Shown piece by piece: positions 44,267 to 52,608 of a DNA stretch of 52,608 bases (position 1 is its first letter; every line of letters starts with the position of its first letter). The stretch spans positions 1 through 52,608 of the forward strand of contig JAHWGX010000072.1 in NCBI GenBank assembly GCA_019323655.1, given 5' to 3'. The position numbers were made by a program, and so were the translations under genes. Below the pieces are notes generated by a model, which worked only from the letters and a program-made list of their open reading frames with translations, was not told where the DNA came from and did no database searches. Source of the stretch: Candidatus Woesearchaeota archaeon. Its GTDB lineage: Archaea > Nanobdellota > Nanobdellia > Woesearchaeales > GW2011-AR4.

Positions 44267-45661
44267 TTAAAGATTTTTCTTTTCCACCATTTTATCGAAA
44301 GCAGGAATCTCATCCCTAATAAGAGAGTTTTTAATCCTTAATAAAGTATCCGGCCTGTCAGTGATTATGCTGTCGACGCCCCATGCTATTAACTGCATCA
44401 TCATGTAAGGATTGTTTACTGTCCATACATTTACTTTTAATCTGTTTTGGTGGGCCAAATCAATTAACCCTTTATTGACCATATCCAACGGAGGATTTAC
44501 AGCTTCTGCTTTCAAAGCCAAAGTTCTTTTGACAAATACCCCATTATAATGGTTTTTTGTGATCTCACCTCCGCTGTTGTAGATTCCCTTTTTAACTAAG
44601 TGCTCGAACCCTAATCGTGTCGATGCTCCAAAATCCTCGAAAAGAGCAGCAGTACGGACTCCCCCTGCTATCTGTTTCATAATCCAGAGCATTTCATGGT
44701 TAAATGAGGAGATAATATACCTGCTTTTAGGAACAGCATACTTTGCAATTAGCTCAATCACTCCATTTCCAAGCTCAAATATTTCGTCTTTGGTTGCCTT
44801 ATGCGCCTTAAGCTCAATATTCATGCTACACCATCTTGGAAGGAATCTTATAACATCTTCCAGTCTGGGAACGTTTTCATTGATCCCTTTTATTTTAAGT
44901 TTGCTTAGCTCGTCCCATGATAAGTCCCTGATAAAGCCATGCCCATTTGTCATTCTATCAACAGTGTAATCATGCATAACGATAACCTGCCTTTTTTTGT
45001 CTGTTCCTAGTGCGCAAAGCTGGACATCAAATTCAACCATCTGAGCTTTGCACTCCACAGCCTTAGCCATCGAGCCTAATGTGTTCTCGGGGTACAATCC
45101 TCTGGCTCCCCTATGGCCAACAATCATTACGCGTTTAGCATTCTCTTTCAAATCTTTAGTAATCTGCTTGCTAAAATGCTCTTTTATCTCATCAAGAAAC
45201 TTCAAATCCCCTTCAATTATTTTTTGCTCTTCTAAGATAAGCTGAATAAAATCCTGAAAATTGCTTTTTACTCCCCATTGGATCTGGTCTGAATAAACCA
45301 TACCTAACTGTTTAGAGAGAATGTGGCTAAGGCTCCTTAAGCTTTTAAGCAGCTCAGTTATCTCCTTGTCGTAGCCAGTTTTCTTATGTTTCCTCAATTC
45401 ATGAAAAAAACGCAATGCATATTTTTTTTCTACAGCCTCTTCTTTTTCGTCCTTTACCATTAAGTTTTTTACTCTTTTGAAAAGCTTGCTCAGTTTTTTA
45501 ATGTCTGCTTCATCAAAAGACTTAAGGTACTGCTGGACTGTTCTTAGCTTTTCTTCGTTAATCTCTTTTAGCTTTAGGAGTTCCTTATATTCTCCAGCTA
45601 ATCCCGGATACTTTTGAGAAATCAATTCTGACTTAGTAAGTGGCGACTTATTATTACCCAT
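44267..45661 (-). CDS. Glycerophosphodiester phosphodiesterase (GDPD) with an about 190-aa N-terminal helical domain of unknown function (paralog 1)
   Basis: 464 aa. GDPD motifs VGHRGARG..PENT and VEFDVQL. Its stop directly abuts the GNAT stop. Confidence 0.75.
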   Translation of the reverse strand: MGNNKSPLTKSELISQKYPGLAGEYKELLKLKEINEEKLRTVQQYLKSFDEADIKKLSKLFKRVKNLMVKDEKEEAVEKKYALRFFHELRKHKKTGYDKEITELLKSLRSLSHILSKQLGMVYSDQIQWGVKSNFQDFIQLILEEQKIIEGDLKFLDEIKEHFSKQITKDLKENAKRVMIVGHRGARGLYPENTLGSMAKAVECKAQMVEFDVQLCALGTDKKRQVIVMHDYTVDRMTNGHGFIRDLSWDELSKLKIKGINENVPRLEDVIRFLPRWCSMNIELKAHKATKDEIFELGNGVIELIAKYAVPKSRYIISSFNHEMLWIMKQIAGGVRTAALFEDFGASTRLGFEHLVKKGIYNSGGEITKNHYNGVFVKRTLALKAEAVNPPLDMVNKGLIDLAHQNRLKVNVWTVNNPYMMMQLIAWGVDSIITDRPDTLLRIKNSLIRDEIPAFDKMVEKKNL

Positions 45662-45714
45662 ATGCCCTCTTTCAATATACCTATATTTATAATTTGCGTT
45701 TTAATTAAAATCTA

Positions 45715-45845
45715 TTTCAAAATATTTTTATAATTCTAAATAGGCATAAAGACGGGAAATACTCGTGCACCATATACAAGCACAGTCAAGAAAGAAGAAA
45801 GCCAAAGATGCAAAAGGAATTGCAAATGTTATAGTATGTTTTTTT
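45715..45845. pseudogene. Mosaic scar: promoter copy + internal YkgJ gene fragment + 5' and 3' fragments of the GNAT gene
   Basis: 45715-45737 is identical to 47331-47353. 45742-45785 is identical (44 nt) to 47569-47612. 45804-45830 is identical (27 nt) to 43784-43810. 45831-45845 is identical (15 nt) to 44250-44264. Confidence 0.75.
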
Positions 45846-47265
45846 CTGGCGGACCATAGTAACCTCTTTTATAGTACCTTTTCCTAGCCGGTATTTCCCT
45901 TTTCCGCACCATTCTTAAAAAACTGGGGACATAACCGCTAATCAAGGAATTTTTAACTTTACGCAAAATATCCGGCCTGTCAGTAATTATGCCATCCACG
46001 CCCCATGCTATCAACTGCATCATCATGTAAGGATTGTTTACTGTCCATGCGTTTACTTTTAACTTATTATCATGGGCCAGCTTGATTAAGTTTCCGTCAA
46101 CCATATCCACTGGAGACTGCATAATACGTGATCCCAAAGCCAAAGTGTTTTTAACAAAAGACCTATAAACGATTTCTCTGGGAACTAACTCTTTCTTTAT
46201 TATGTGCTTAAGCCCTTCCCATTTGAACCCCAACCAGCCCTCGGCTCCGAAGTCCTCAAAGGAGGGAGCAATAGGATAAGGCATAGTATTTTTCACCAGT
46301 TTTAATATATCACGATTAAATGATGAGATAATAACCCTGTTAGGAGGCATATTATATTTTACAAGTACAGCCCCTACAGCTTTTACAAGATTGTTCATTT
46401 CTTTAAGGCTTGACCTATACGCTTTAAGTTCTATATTCAGGTTTATGCCTTTACCACGCAGTTTTTTTATGATATCCTCCATTTTTGGGACTGTTTGACC
46501 GGTGTTTCCCACTTCTAAACCTCTTAAATAGTCCCATCCTAACTCCTTGACCAATCCCTTGCCTTGGGTAGTTGTATTAACAACGTAATCATGCATAACT
46601 ATAACCTCTCCGGATTTGCAAAGCTGGACATCAAATTCAATCCTCTCGGCACCAGCAGTTAAAGCTGTCAATACTGAAGCTACAGTATTCCCGGGAAAAA
46701 GTCCATTGGCCCCCTTATGACCTATTATTTCTACCCTTCTTGCGTTTTCCTTTAGCTCATCATCAATTTTCTTGCTAAAATGAGTTTTTACTTCATCAAG
46801 AAACTTTAAATCTACTTTGATTATTTTTTGCTCATCCAAGATAAGCTGGATAAAATCATTAAACTTGCTTCTTAACCCCCAGTTAATTTGGTCTTCATAA
46901 ACAAGTTTTAATTGCGCAGAAAGATTATTATTTAGTTTTTCCAAGCTTTCAATTAAGTTCTTTGTTTCTTCAAGTATCTTTTGAGAGTAAGCCTCCTTAT
47001 TTTTCCCTTCTTTTATCCTATTAAGAAAACGCAGTGCATATTTTTTTTCTACAGCTTCTTCTTTTTTATCCTCCACCATCAATTTTTTAATTCTTTTGAA
47101 AAGCTTAGTTAGTTTTTTAAAATCTCCCTCATCAAAAGACTTAAGGTACTGCTGGACAAGTTTCAGCTTCTCTTCATTGATATCCTGTAGTTTCAGAAAT
47201 TCATTATACTCTTCTGATAGGCCCGGGTAGTTTTTAGAAATCCACTCAGATTGGATAAAAAGCAT
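45829..47265 (-). CDS. GDPD with an N-terminal helical domain (paralog 2)
   Basis: Start at ATG 47265. IGHKGANG..PGNT, IEFDVQL. N- and C-terminal blocks are near-identical to paralog 1 (NVWTVNNPYMMMQLIAWGVD.IITDRPD). The last codons are read from the antisense of the GNAT remnant. Confidence 0.75.
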   Translation of the reverse strand: MLFIQSEWISKNYPGLSEEYNEFLKLQDINEEKLKLVQQYLKSFDEGDFKKLTKLFKRIKKLMVEDKKEEAVEKKYALRFLNRIKEGKNKEAYSQKILEETKNLIESLEKLNNNLSAQLKLVYEDQINWGLRSKFNDFIQLILDEQKIIKVDLKFLDEVKTHFSKKIDDELKENARRVEIIGHKGANGLFPGNTVASVLTALTAGAERIEFDVQLCKSGEVIVMHDYVVNTTTQGKGLVKELGWDYLRGLEVGNTGQTVPKMEDIIKKLRGKGINLNIELKAYRSSLKEMNNLVKAVGAVLVKYNMPPNRVIISSFNRDILKLVKNTMPYPIAPSFEDFGAEGWLGFKWEGLKHIIKKELVPREIVYRSFVKNTLALGSRIMQSPVDMVDGNLIKLAHDNKLKVNAWTVNNPYMMMQLIAWGVDGIITDRPDILRKVKNSLISGYVPSFLRMVRKREIPARKRYYKRGYYGPPEKNIL

Positions 47266-47370
47266 GCAATCATACTTCAAATAGGTTCTTTTTATAATTT
47301 TCTGTTTATACTTCTTACAAGTTTTTAATTTTTCAAAATATTTTTATAATTCTGAAAATAATGTAATAAT

Positions 47371-47730
47371 ATGCTGATGAAAAACGATTTCCGGTGCAAC
47401 AGATACTGCGGGCAGTGCTGCAAAAAATTAGTTGTAAGGGTAAGCAAGGCCGATATAGAAAGAATAAGAAAGCTTGGTTGCGATGAAAAAGATTTTCTTG
47501 AAAGGGATCTGCTGTACAGGAACAAGTTTATCCTGAAAAAAAACGAAAAGGGATGTATTTTCCTAAAAAGGCATAAAGACGGGAAATACTCGTGCACCAT
47601 ATACAAGCACAGGCCGAAAACATGCGTACATTATCCTTTCTTTTCAAAAAACAGGGCTGTTAAAGGCTGTATGCCTAAAGACATGTTTCCGAGCGCGTTT
47701 TTGTCTGGCTCTTCAAAAAAAATTTATTAA
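47371..47730 (+). CDS. YkgJ/UPF0153-family Cys-cluster (Zn/Fe-chelating) protein
   Basis: 119 aa. FRCNRYCGQCCKK... plus downstream C..Y..RP..C pattern. Confidence 0.65.
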   Translation: MLMKNDFRCNRYCGQCCKKLVVRVSKADIERIRKLGCDEKDFLERDLLYRNKFILKKNEKGCIFLKRHKDGKYSCTIYKHRPKTCVHYPFFSKNRAVKGCMPKDMFPSAFLSGSSKKIY

Positions 47731-47776
47731 TTTCAATAAACAAACATTTTTAATGAGTTTACTTTTAACAAGCTAA

Positions 47777-49114
47777 ATGAAAGAGAGCCGTGTTGATGAA
47801 TTTATCAGGAATCCTAAAAAAGCTTTGCTGAAATTGACTTTTCCCGTAGTGATCGCAATGCTTGTGCAGATAATGTACAACATCGTGGATACTGCTTTCG
47901 TCGGAAGGCTGGGCACAGAAGCAATTGCTGCCCTGACATTTTCATTTCCCCTGTTCTTTATTCTTGTGTCATTGAATTCCGGATTGGGAATCGGGATAAA
48001 CTCAAGAATATCAAGGTATCTTGGAGCCAGAAACAGGGATGGCGCTGAGAATACCGCAATGCACGGAATCTTAATCTCACTGGCTCTTGCTCTGGGAGTT
48101 TTTATTTTAGGCAGCCTAACACTAAAGCCTCTGTTTTTATTGTTTGGGGCAACAGGAAATGTTCTGGCTTTGTCCATAAGCTACATGTCCATAATTCTTT
48201 TAGCAGTTTTTTTCATGTTCCCTTCTTTTGTGCTGAACAGCATTTTCTCTGCCCAGGGAGACACAAAAACCCCTATGAAGGTTCAGATATCCGCCTTAAC
48301 ATTAAACATAATCCTGGACCCCTTATTCATTTATGTCCTGGGCTATGGTGTTGTAGGAGCAGCAATTGCTACAATGCTGTCTTTCCTGCTTGCCCTTCTG
48401 TTATCCGCATATTACATCAGAAAGAGGTCTTATCTGCGTATAAGCTTGAAATATTTCAGGTTCTCTTTCAGCCTGATAAAAGATATATTTTCTGTTGGAG
48501 CGCCTGCCAGCTTCATGATGCTGCTTCTTTCAGTTTATATCATATTCATCAACCGCTTTATGTCGCATTTCGGAACTGATTATGTCGCGGCTTTTGGAAT
48601 AGCTTCAAGGCTTGAAAGCGTTGCGATAATGCCCGTTGTTGCACTGTCAATGTCAATGTTAACCTTAGTTGGCATGTTTTTTGGCGCAAAAAGATTTGAT
48701 TTGCTGAAAGAAACCAGCTTCTACAGCATAAAAATAGCGGTTGCTTTTACATCGGCAATAGGCATTGTTTTCTTTGCAATGCCTCATTTATTCCTGAGAG
48801 TCTTTACCCCTGACAGCACATTGTTGGGCATAGGCTCTGCTTACCTTAGGATAGACGTATTTACATTTCCATTGATGGCTGTAAGCAGCATCATAAGCAG
48901 AGTTCTGCAGGGCATGGGTCTTGGGCTGCCGGGGCTTGTGATCAACCTTGTAAGGGTATTCATCTTTGCAGTCCCATTAGCTTATGCATTTGTCTTTATT
49001 TTAGGCTATGGCTATCTTTCAATAGCTGTTGCAATGGTCATTGGCGGAATTGCTTCAAGCACAACTGCAATAATCTGGCTCAGGGTTAAGACTAAGGTGC
49101 TGAATTCCAACTAA
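47777..49114 (+). CDS. MATE-family efflux transporter
   Basis: 445 aa, 12 TM helices. N-terminal LTFPVVIAMLVQIMYNIVDTAFVGRLG is typical of MATE. Confidence 0.85.
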   Translation: MKESRVDEFIRNPKKALLKLTFPVVIAMLVQIMYNIVDTAFVGRLGTEAIAALTFSFPLFFILVSLNSGLGIGINSRISRYLGARNRDGAENTAMHGILISLALALGVFILGSLTLKPLFLLFGATGNVLALSISYMSIILLAVFFMFPSFVLNSIFSAQGDTKTPMKVQISALTLNIILDPLFIYVLGYGVVGAAIATMLSFLLALLLSAYYIRKRSYLRISLKYFRFSFSLIKDIFSVGAPASFMMLLLSVYIIFINRFMSHFGTDYVAAFGIASRLESVAIMPVVALSMSMLTLVGMFFGAKRFDLLKETSFYSIKIAVAFTSAIGIVFFAMPHLFLRVFTPDSTLLGIGSAYLRIDVFTFPLMAVSSIISRVLQGMGLGLPGLVINLVRVFIFAVPLAYAFVFILGYGYLSIAVAMVIGGIASSTTAIIWLRVKTKVLNSN

Positions 49115-49144
49115 ACGAAGTTTTGGGTTGCAGTCAGCAGAGTA

Positions 49145-49164
49145 GGGCTTTTTACACAAAGCCC
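49145..49164 (+). terminator. Hairpin downstream of the MATE gene
   Basis: GGGCTTT-TTACAC-AAAGCCC, 30 nt after the stop. There is no strong T-tract, so its function is tentative. Confidence 0.3.
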
Positions 49165-49260
49165 GGAAACTGTCAGCATTAATAATCAATAACCTTTTTA
49201 AATGAGGCTGTATTCCGGATTCATATTATTTTTGGAATGTAAAACTGGAGGTAATTTACG

Positions 49261-49788
49261 ATGAAAAGCTTCAAAATCAACATTGCAGACCCAAATACAA
49301 AGAAATGCTATAAGACAGAGGTCAAGGATGCCCAGGCAGCGCCTTTCATAGGCCTAAACATAGGGGAAAAAATAGACGGAAACAAAATCGGCTTTGATGG
49401 CTATGAGTTTTTGGTAACCGGAGGAACAGATTACTGCGGTTTCCCAATGAGAAGGGGTATTTTGGGCATAAGAAAAAAAATAACAATATACAAGGGGCTG
49501 GGCTTCAGGGGAGGATTGAAGGGGATTAAAAGAAGGAAGACTGTCTGCGGCCACAAGATTAGTGAAAAAATCAGCGCAATAAACCTTAAAGTGCTTAAGG
49601 AAGGGGCAAAAAAACTTTCTGATATGTTTGGCTCTAAAAAAGAGGCTGGAGAGGCCAAGCCTGAAGTAAAAGGAGAGCCGCAAAAGCCAAAGCAGGAGAA
49701 GAAAGCCGAGCAGCCCGTGCAGGAAAAGCCGGAAGAAAAAGCAGAGGCAAAAGAAGCTGAAAAGGAAGAAAAAAAGGAGAAAAAATAA
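49261..49788 (+). CDS. rps6e: Ribosomal protein S6e with a K/E/P/A-rich C-terminal extension
   Basis: 175 aa. GG.D..GFPMR and GFR...G.RRRK..-like core in the first about 120 aa. The tail is GSKKEAGEAKPEVKGEPQKPKQEKKAEQPVQEKPEEKAEAKEAEKEEKKEKK. SD-like GGAGGT upstream. Confidence 0.8.
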   Translation: MKSFKINIADPNTKKCYKTEVKDAQAAPFIGLNIGEKIDGNKIGFDGYEFLVTGGTDYCGFPMRRGILGIRKKITIYKGLGFRGGLKGIKRRKTVCGHKISEKISAINLKVLKEGAKKLSDMFGSKKEAGEAKPEVKGEPQKPKQEKKAEQPVQEKPEEKAEAKEAEKEEKKEKK

Positions 49789-49797
49789 AACTTGACT

Positions 49798-51123
49798 ATG
49801 GCAAGAGCCAAAAAAACAGCAAAAGCCGCTGAAAATGCCGGGAAACCAAAGCAACCAAAAGAGATATCCATTATATCCCCTGTATCCTCCGCCAAAAAAG
49901 AAAAAGTTCTGCAGCCTGAGCTCAATATAGGCATGGTGGGGCATGTTGACCATGGAAAAACAACCCTGCTGGAAAGCCTTTCCGGAGTATGGGCAGACAC
50001 TCATTCTGAGGAAGTAAAAAGAGGCATTACAATAAGGCTTGGCTATGCAGACGCTGTCTTCTACAAGGAAGGGGATACCTACACAACAAAACCCCAAGAC
50101 AAGTCCAAAGCAAAAGTATTGAGAAAAGTCAGTTTTGTTGATTCTCCTGGGCATGAAAGCCTCATGGCCACAATGCTTTCAGGAGCCACAATAATGGATG
50201 GCGCTTTGCTGCTGATAGCAGCAGATGAGAGATGCCCTCAGCCTCAGACCAGGGAGCATCTGATGGCGCTTCGAATAATAGGTATAAAGAACCTTGTCAT
50301 TGTCCAAAACAAGATTGACCTTGTTGACGAAAAAACTGCTTTGGAAAATTATAATCACATCAAGGAATTTGTAAAAGGAACTGAATATGAAAACGCTCCA
50401 ATAGTACCCTTATCAGCACGGCACAATGTTGGAATAAGCTCTTTGATAGAGGCCATTGAGGAAAACATACCTACGCCCAAAAGAGACGTAAGCAATGAGC
50501 CTATTATGCTTATCGCAAGGAGTTTTGATATCAATAAGCCAGGTATACTGCCCGGGGATATGGTAGGAGGAATTCTAGGGGGAAGCATGGTACAGGGTGT
50601 GCTTAAGGCAGGAAGTGAAATAGAAATAAGACCTGGAAGAAAGGTAATGGAAAAAAATAAGGAAGTATGGAATCCTTTACAAACTAAAATTATTGCATTA
50701 AAATACAGCGGGCTGTCAGTAAAAGAAATATCTCCTGGCGGAACTGCAGGGATACTTACTTCCCTTGATCCTTCGGTTGTAAGGTCAGACCAGCTTGCGG
50801 GTTCAGTCGTAGGTTTGCAGGGAAAGCTGCCAAATGTATTATACGAAATCACTTTAGAGCCGAACCTTCTGGAAAGAGTTGTAGGAACAGAAAAAGAGCT
50901 AAATGTCGAGCCTATAAAGCTTAATGAAGCCTTAATGCTGAATGTGAATTCAGCAGCCACTGTAGGTGTAGTAGCCGGATTCAAGAAAAAAAACATTATT
51001 TGTAGGCTAAGAATGCCTGTCTGTGCAGAAATAAGCTCCCGTGCAACAATATCCAGGAAAGTAGGCAACAGGTTTAGGCTTATAGGCTATGGTAAGATTG
51101 TTGAAGGGAAAACATCCCCTTAA
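49798..51123 (+). CDS. eif2g: Translation initiation factor aIF2 gamma subunit
   Basis: GTPase motifs GHVDHGKT, DSPGH, NKID. Domains II/III follow. An about 40-aa K/A-rich N-terminal extension is present. ATG 49798 preferred over TTG 49792. Confidence 0.9.
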   Translation: MARAKKTAKAAENAGKPKQPKEISIISPVSSAKKEKVLQPELNIGMVGHVDHGKTTLLESLSGVWADTHSEEVKRGITIRLGYADAVFYKEGDTYTTKPQDKSKAKVLRKVSFVDSPGHESLMATMLSGATIMDGALLLIAADERCPQPQTREHLMALRIIGIKNLVIVQNKIDLVDEKTALENYNHIKEFVKGTEYENAPIVPLSARHNVGISSLIEAIEENIPTPKRDVSNEPIMLIARSFDINKPGILPGDMVGGILGGSMVQGVLKAGSEIEIRPGRKVMEKNKEVWNPLQTKIIALKYSGLSVKEISPGGTAGILTSLDPSVVRSDQLAGSVVGLQGKLPNVLYEITLEPNLLERVVGTEKELNVEPIKLNEALMLNVNSAATVGVVAGFKKKNIICRLRMPVCAEISSRATISRKVGNRFRLIGYGKIVEGKTSP

Positions 51124-51160
51124 GTCTTCAGTGATAATATTCCTCTTTCTTCTCCGCTAA

Positions 51161-52050
51161 GGCTCAGTAGAAAGTAAAATAAACAAGTAACCCTCTTACC
51201 GAAGTAAGAGGGGTGGTTGGAGAGACCAACCACGATGAAACAAAAAAACACAATAGTAAATAAAGTTAAGCATTTGCTTAAGCGATCTGGGCTGCCAACA
51301 TACCTTCATAATAAAGGCCCAAAGCGATTTAAATTTTGGGAGCTTTGCCTAGGGCTTCTCATCAAAGAAGTTTTTAGGTTAAGCTACAGAAGAGCTGCTG
51401 CATTCCTTAGCGAGTTCTACGGAATCCAGCTTCATTGGACTACGCTGCAAAAATGCAGAAAGAGGGTTCCATTGTCAGTCTGGAAGCTGATTTTGGGCAT
51501 GACAACAGAGGGCTTTGTTTCTGTTGCAGCTATTGACGGAACAGGATTGCAGAGAAGCAATCCAAGCGCCCATTACCTTAAGAGAATTGACCATGACAAG
51601 AAAATAACGGTTCCCATAATGATAACCTCCATGGTAGATGTTATGAGAAGAAAATTCCTGGCAGTTAAGCACCATTCCGGGCGTTGCGGGGAAGTTGCTG
51701 ATGTTCTATATCTCGTAGACCAATTTCAGGATGAAATTGATATTATTCTCATGGATAAGGCATATGATTCTGAAAAGCTTCATCGCTGCCTAAGAGAGCA
51801 AGGGATTTACAGCATTGCGCCTATTAAGAAGAACTGGGCAAGAGGACAGATAAGAAAGCAGCTTAAGGACTGCTTTGATTATGCTCTGTATTGGCAGCGC
51901 AACATAGTTGAATCTCTCTTCTCAGCACTAAAAAGGCTTTTTGGCTCTCTTCTCCATTCCCGTTCTGCACGAACACAACGCGCAGAGTTGTATATGCGGC
52001 TTATTGCCTATAATTTAAGGGCTAGGATAAAGTTTATTTTCTACTGAGCC
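51161..52050 (+). mobile_element. Intact insertion sequence (IS4/IS5 superfamily), 890 bp
   Basis: Perfect 13-bp terminal inverted repeats GGCTCAGTAGAAA (51161-51173 and 52038-52050, longer with one 4-nt indel). Flanked by a 9-bp direct repeat CTCCGCTAA (51152-51160 and 52051-52059). One transposase ORF. Confidence 0.85.
51235..52047 (+). CDS. DDE transposase (DDE_Tnp_1 / IS4-IS5 type)
   Basis: About 270 aa. AIDGTG, ILMDKAYDS, and a C-terminal ...ESLFSALKR... (Y-R-E/K region). The stop codon lies inside the right terminal repeat. Confidence 0.85.
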   Translation: MKQKNTIVNKVKHLLKRSGLPTYLHNKGPKRFKFWELCLGLLIKEVFRLSYRRAAAFLSEFYGIQLHWTTLQKCRKRVPLSVWKLILGMTTEGFVSVAAIDGTGLQRSNPSAHYLKRIDHDKKITVPIMITSMVDVMRRKFLAVKHHSGRCGEVADVLYLVDQFQDEIDIILMDKAYDSEKLHRCLREQGIYSIAPIKKNWARGQIRKQLKDCFDYALYWQRNIVESLFSALKRLFGSLLHSRSARTQRAELYMRLIAYNLRARIKFIFY

Positions 52051-52096
52051 CTCCGCTAAAAAAAATTTATAAACTCTCAAATTAAAGAAAGCAGAA

Positions 52097-52246
52097 ATGA
52101 AAAAACTTGGCAAGAAGGCAATTACAAGAATATTCAAGTTTGCCATCTTGGTTTTAGCTGTTATTCTCCTGTTTTTCCTGATAAAAAACAGCTGGAATGT
52201 GCCAAGCGCCTTTAAAAATATGCTAAGTTTGTTGGGAATAAAATAA
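52097..52246 (+). CDS. Possible small (49 aa) single-TM protein
   Basis: Translated by hand as MKKLGKKAITRIFKFAILVLAVILLFFLIKNSWNVPSAFKNMLSLLGIK. Below the ORF-track size cutoff. No other support. Confidence 0.3.
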   Translation: MKKLGKKAITRIFKFAILVLAVILLFFLIKNSWNVPSAFKNMLSLLGIK

Positions 52247-52399
52247 GCATATGCACGATTTTCTAAACCAGTAAAAATGGTGTTTTTAGTTGGATAGGAT
52301 GTTTAAGCAAAGCGAAAAGTTTATTAAATTCAATCGAAATGGAAGTTATAAGCAAGTATTTAAATAACAATTTAACTCTTTAAAGAGGTGAATAAAAAA

Positions 52400-52608
52400 A
52401 TGAAAAAAATACCATTAATATTGGGTTTATTCATACTTATGGTGGCTTTTGTAAATGCACAGGAAGATACAGTAACACTTGCCAGAGAACAGGTAAAATG
52501 TGTTTTTGCAAATTCTGATAAGGTAATGCAAAAATGCTATACTGATGATGGCAAATTTGGATGTTCTGGATTAGGAACATGTGTAGCAGATGTTTCTGGT
52601 GAGAGTGG
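52400..52608 (+). CDS. 5' part of a secreted Cys-rich protein (truncated by the window end)
   Basis: SD-like AGAGGTGA upstream. MKKIPLILGLFILMVAFVNAQ is a signal peptide, followed by several Cys. The ORF runs off the window. Confidence 0.4.
   Translation, partial: MKKIPLILGLFILMVAFVNAQEDTVTLAREQVKCVFANSDKVMQKCYTDDGKFGCSGLGTCVADVSGES

Noticed and set aside
49494-49505. Exact copy of the 12-mer GGGGCTGGGCTT (core of the 31719/32850 inverted repeat) inside rps6e
   Set aside because: It encodes the conserved KGLGF segment of S6e, and none of the flanking repeat sequence is shared. It is most likely a chance match of a short GC-rich word.
49354-50154. 266-aa and 189-aa ORFs on the - strand
   Set aside because: They are antisense to the S6e tail and the aIF2-gamma head. 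They are kept open only by the lack of stops opposite the AAG/GAA-rich repeats, giving Phe/Leu/Cys-rich nonsense sequence.
50355-51068. 237-aa ORF on the - strand
   Set aside because: It is antisense to aIF2-gamma, whose GTPase motifs leave no doubt about the coding strand. This is a shadow ORF.

Overview
AT-rich archaeal chromosomal fragment, DPANN-like. Archaeal markers: ribosomal protein S6e, aIF2-gamma, a presenilin-type protease, one tRNA with a short anticodon-loop insertion, and TATA-like boxes about 25-30 nt upstream of many start codons. About 65 protein genes are called. I found no rRNA and no CRISPR array. Main content: (1) a bacterial-type MEP isoprenoid block (ispG, dxr, ispDF, ispE) plus fabI; (2) a 2-oxoacid dehydrogenase E1alpha/E1beta/E2 operon with no E3 in the window; (3) a repair/defence-flavoured stretch with an orphan NorD/CbbO-like VWA protein, an unknown 279-aa protein, a Cas4-like nuclease, an MGMT domain, a methyltransferase fused to a kinase-like domain, tRNA-Ala and an HTH-LAGLIDADG endonuclease ORF that overlaps the tRNA; (4) a large pyrimidine cluster (pyrB, pyrI, pyrD/pyrK, pyrC, pyrF, a second pyrD and three OPRT-like genes); (5) an accessory patch of genes bracketed by inverted repeats; (6) an uncharacterised cluster of coiled-coil and membrane proteins; (7) a translin/bacterial-type aspS pair, a PHP/CDP-alcohol transferase pair, HAM1, two diverged GDPD paralogs separated by a mosaic duplication/deletion scar, MATE, S6e and aIF2-gamma; (8) an intact IS4/IS5-type insertion sequence with a 9-bp target duplication. 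Most notable observations: a divergent two-gene regulator module present twice with an identical 22-nt promoter core, heading the MEP and pyrimidine operons; inverted-repeat-flanked gene cassettes; a 143-nt multi-hairpin element; and a hairpin-dense candidate ncRNA region. All functional calls rest on motif and family recognition by eye. No database search was run.
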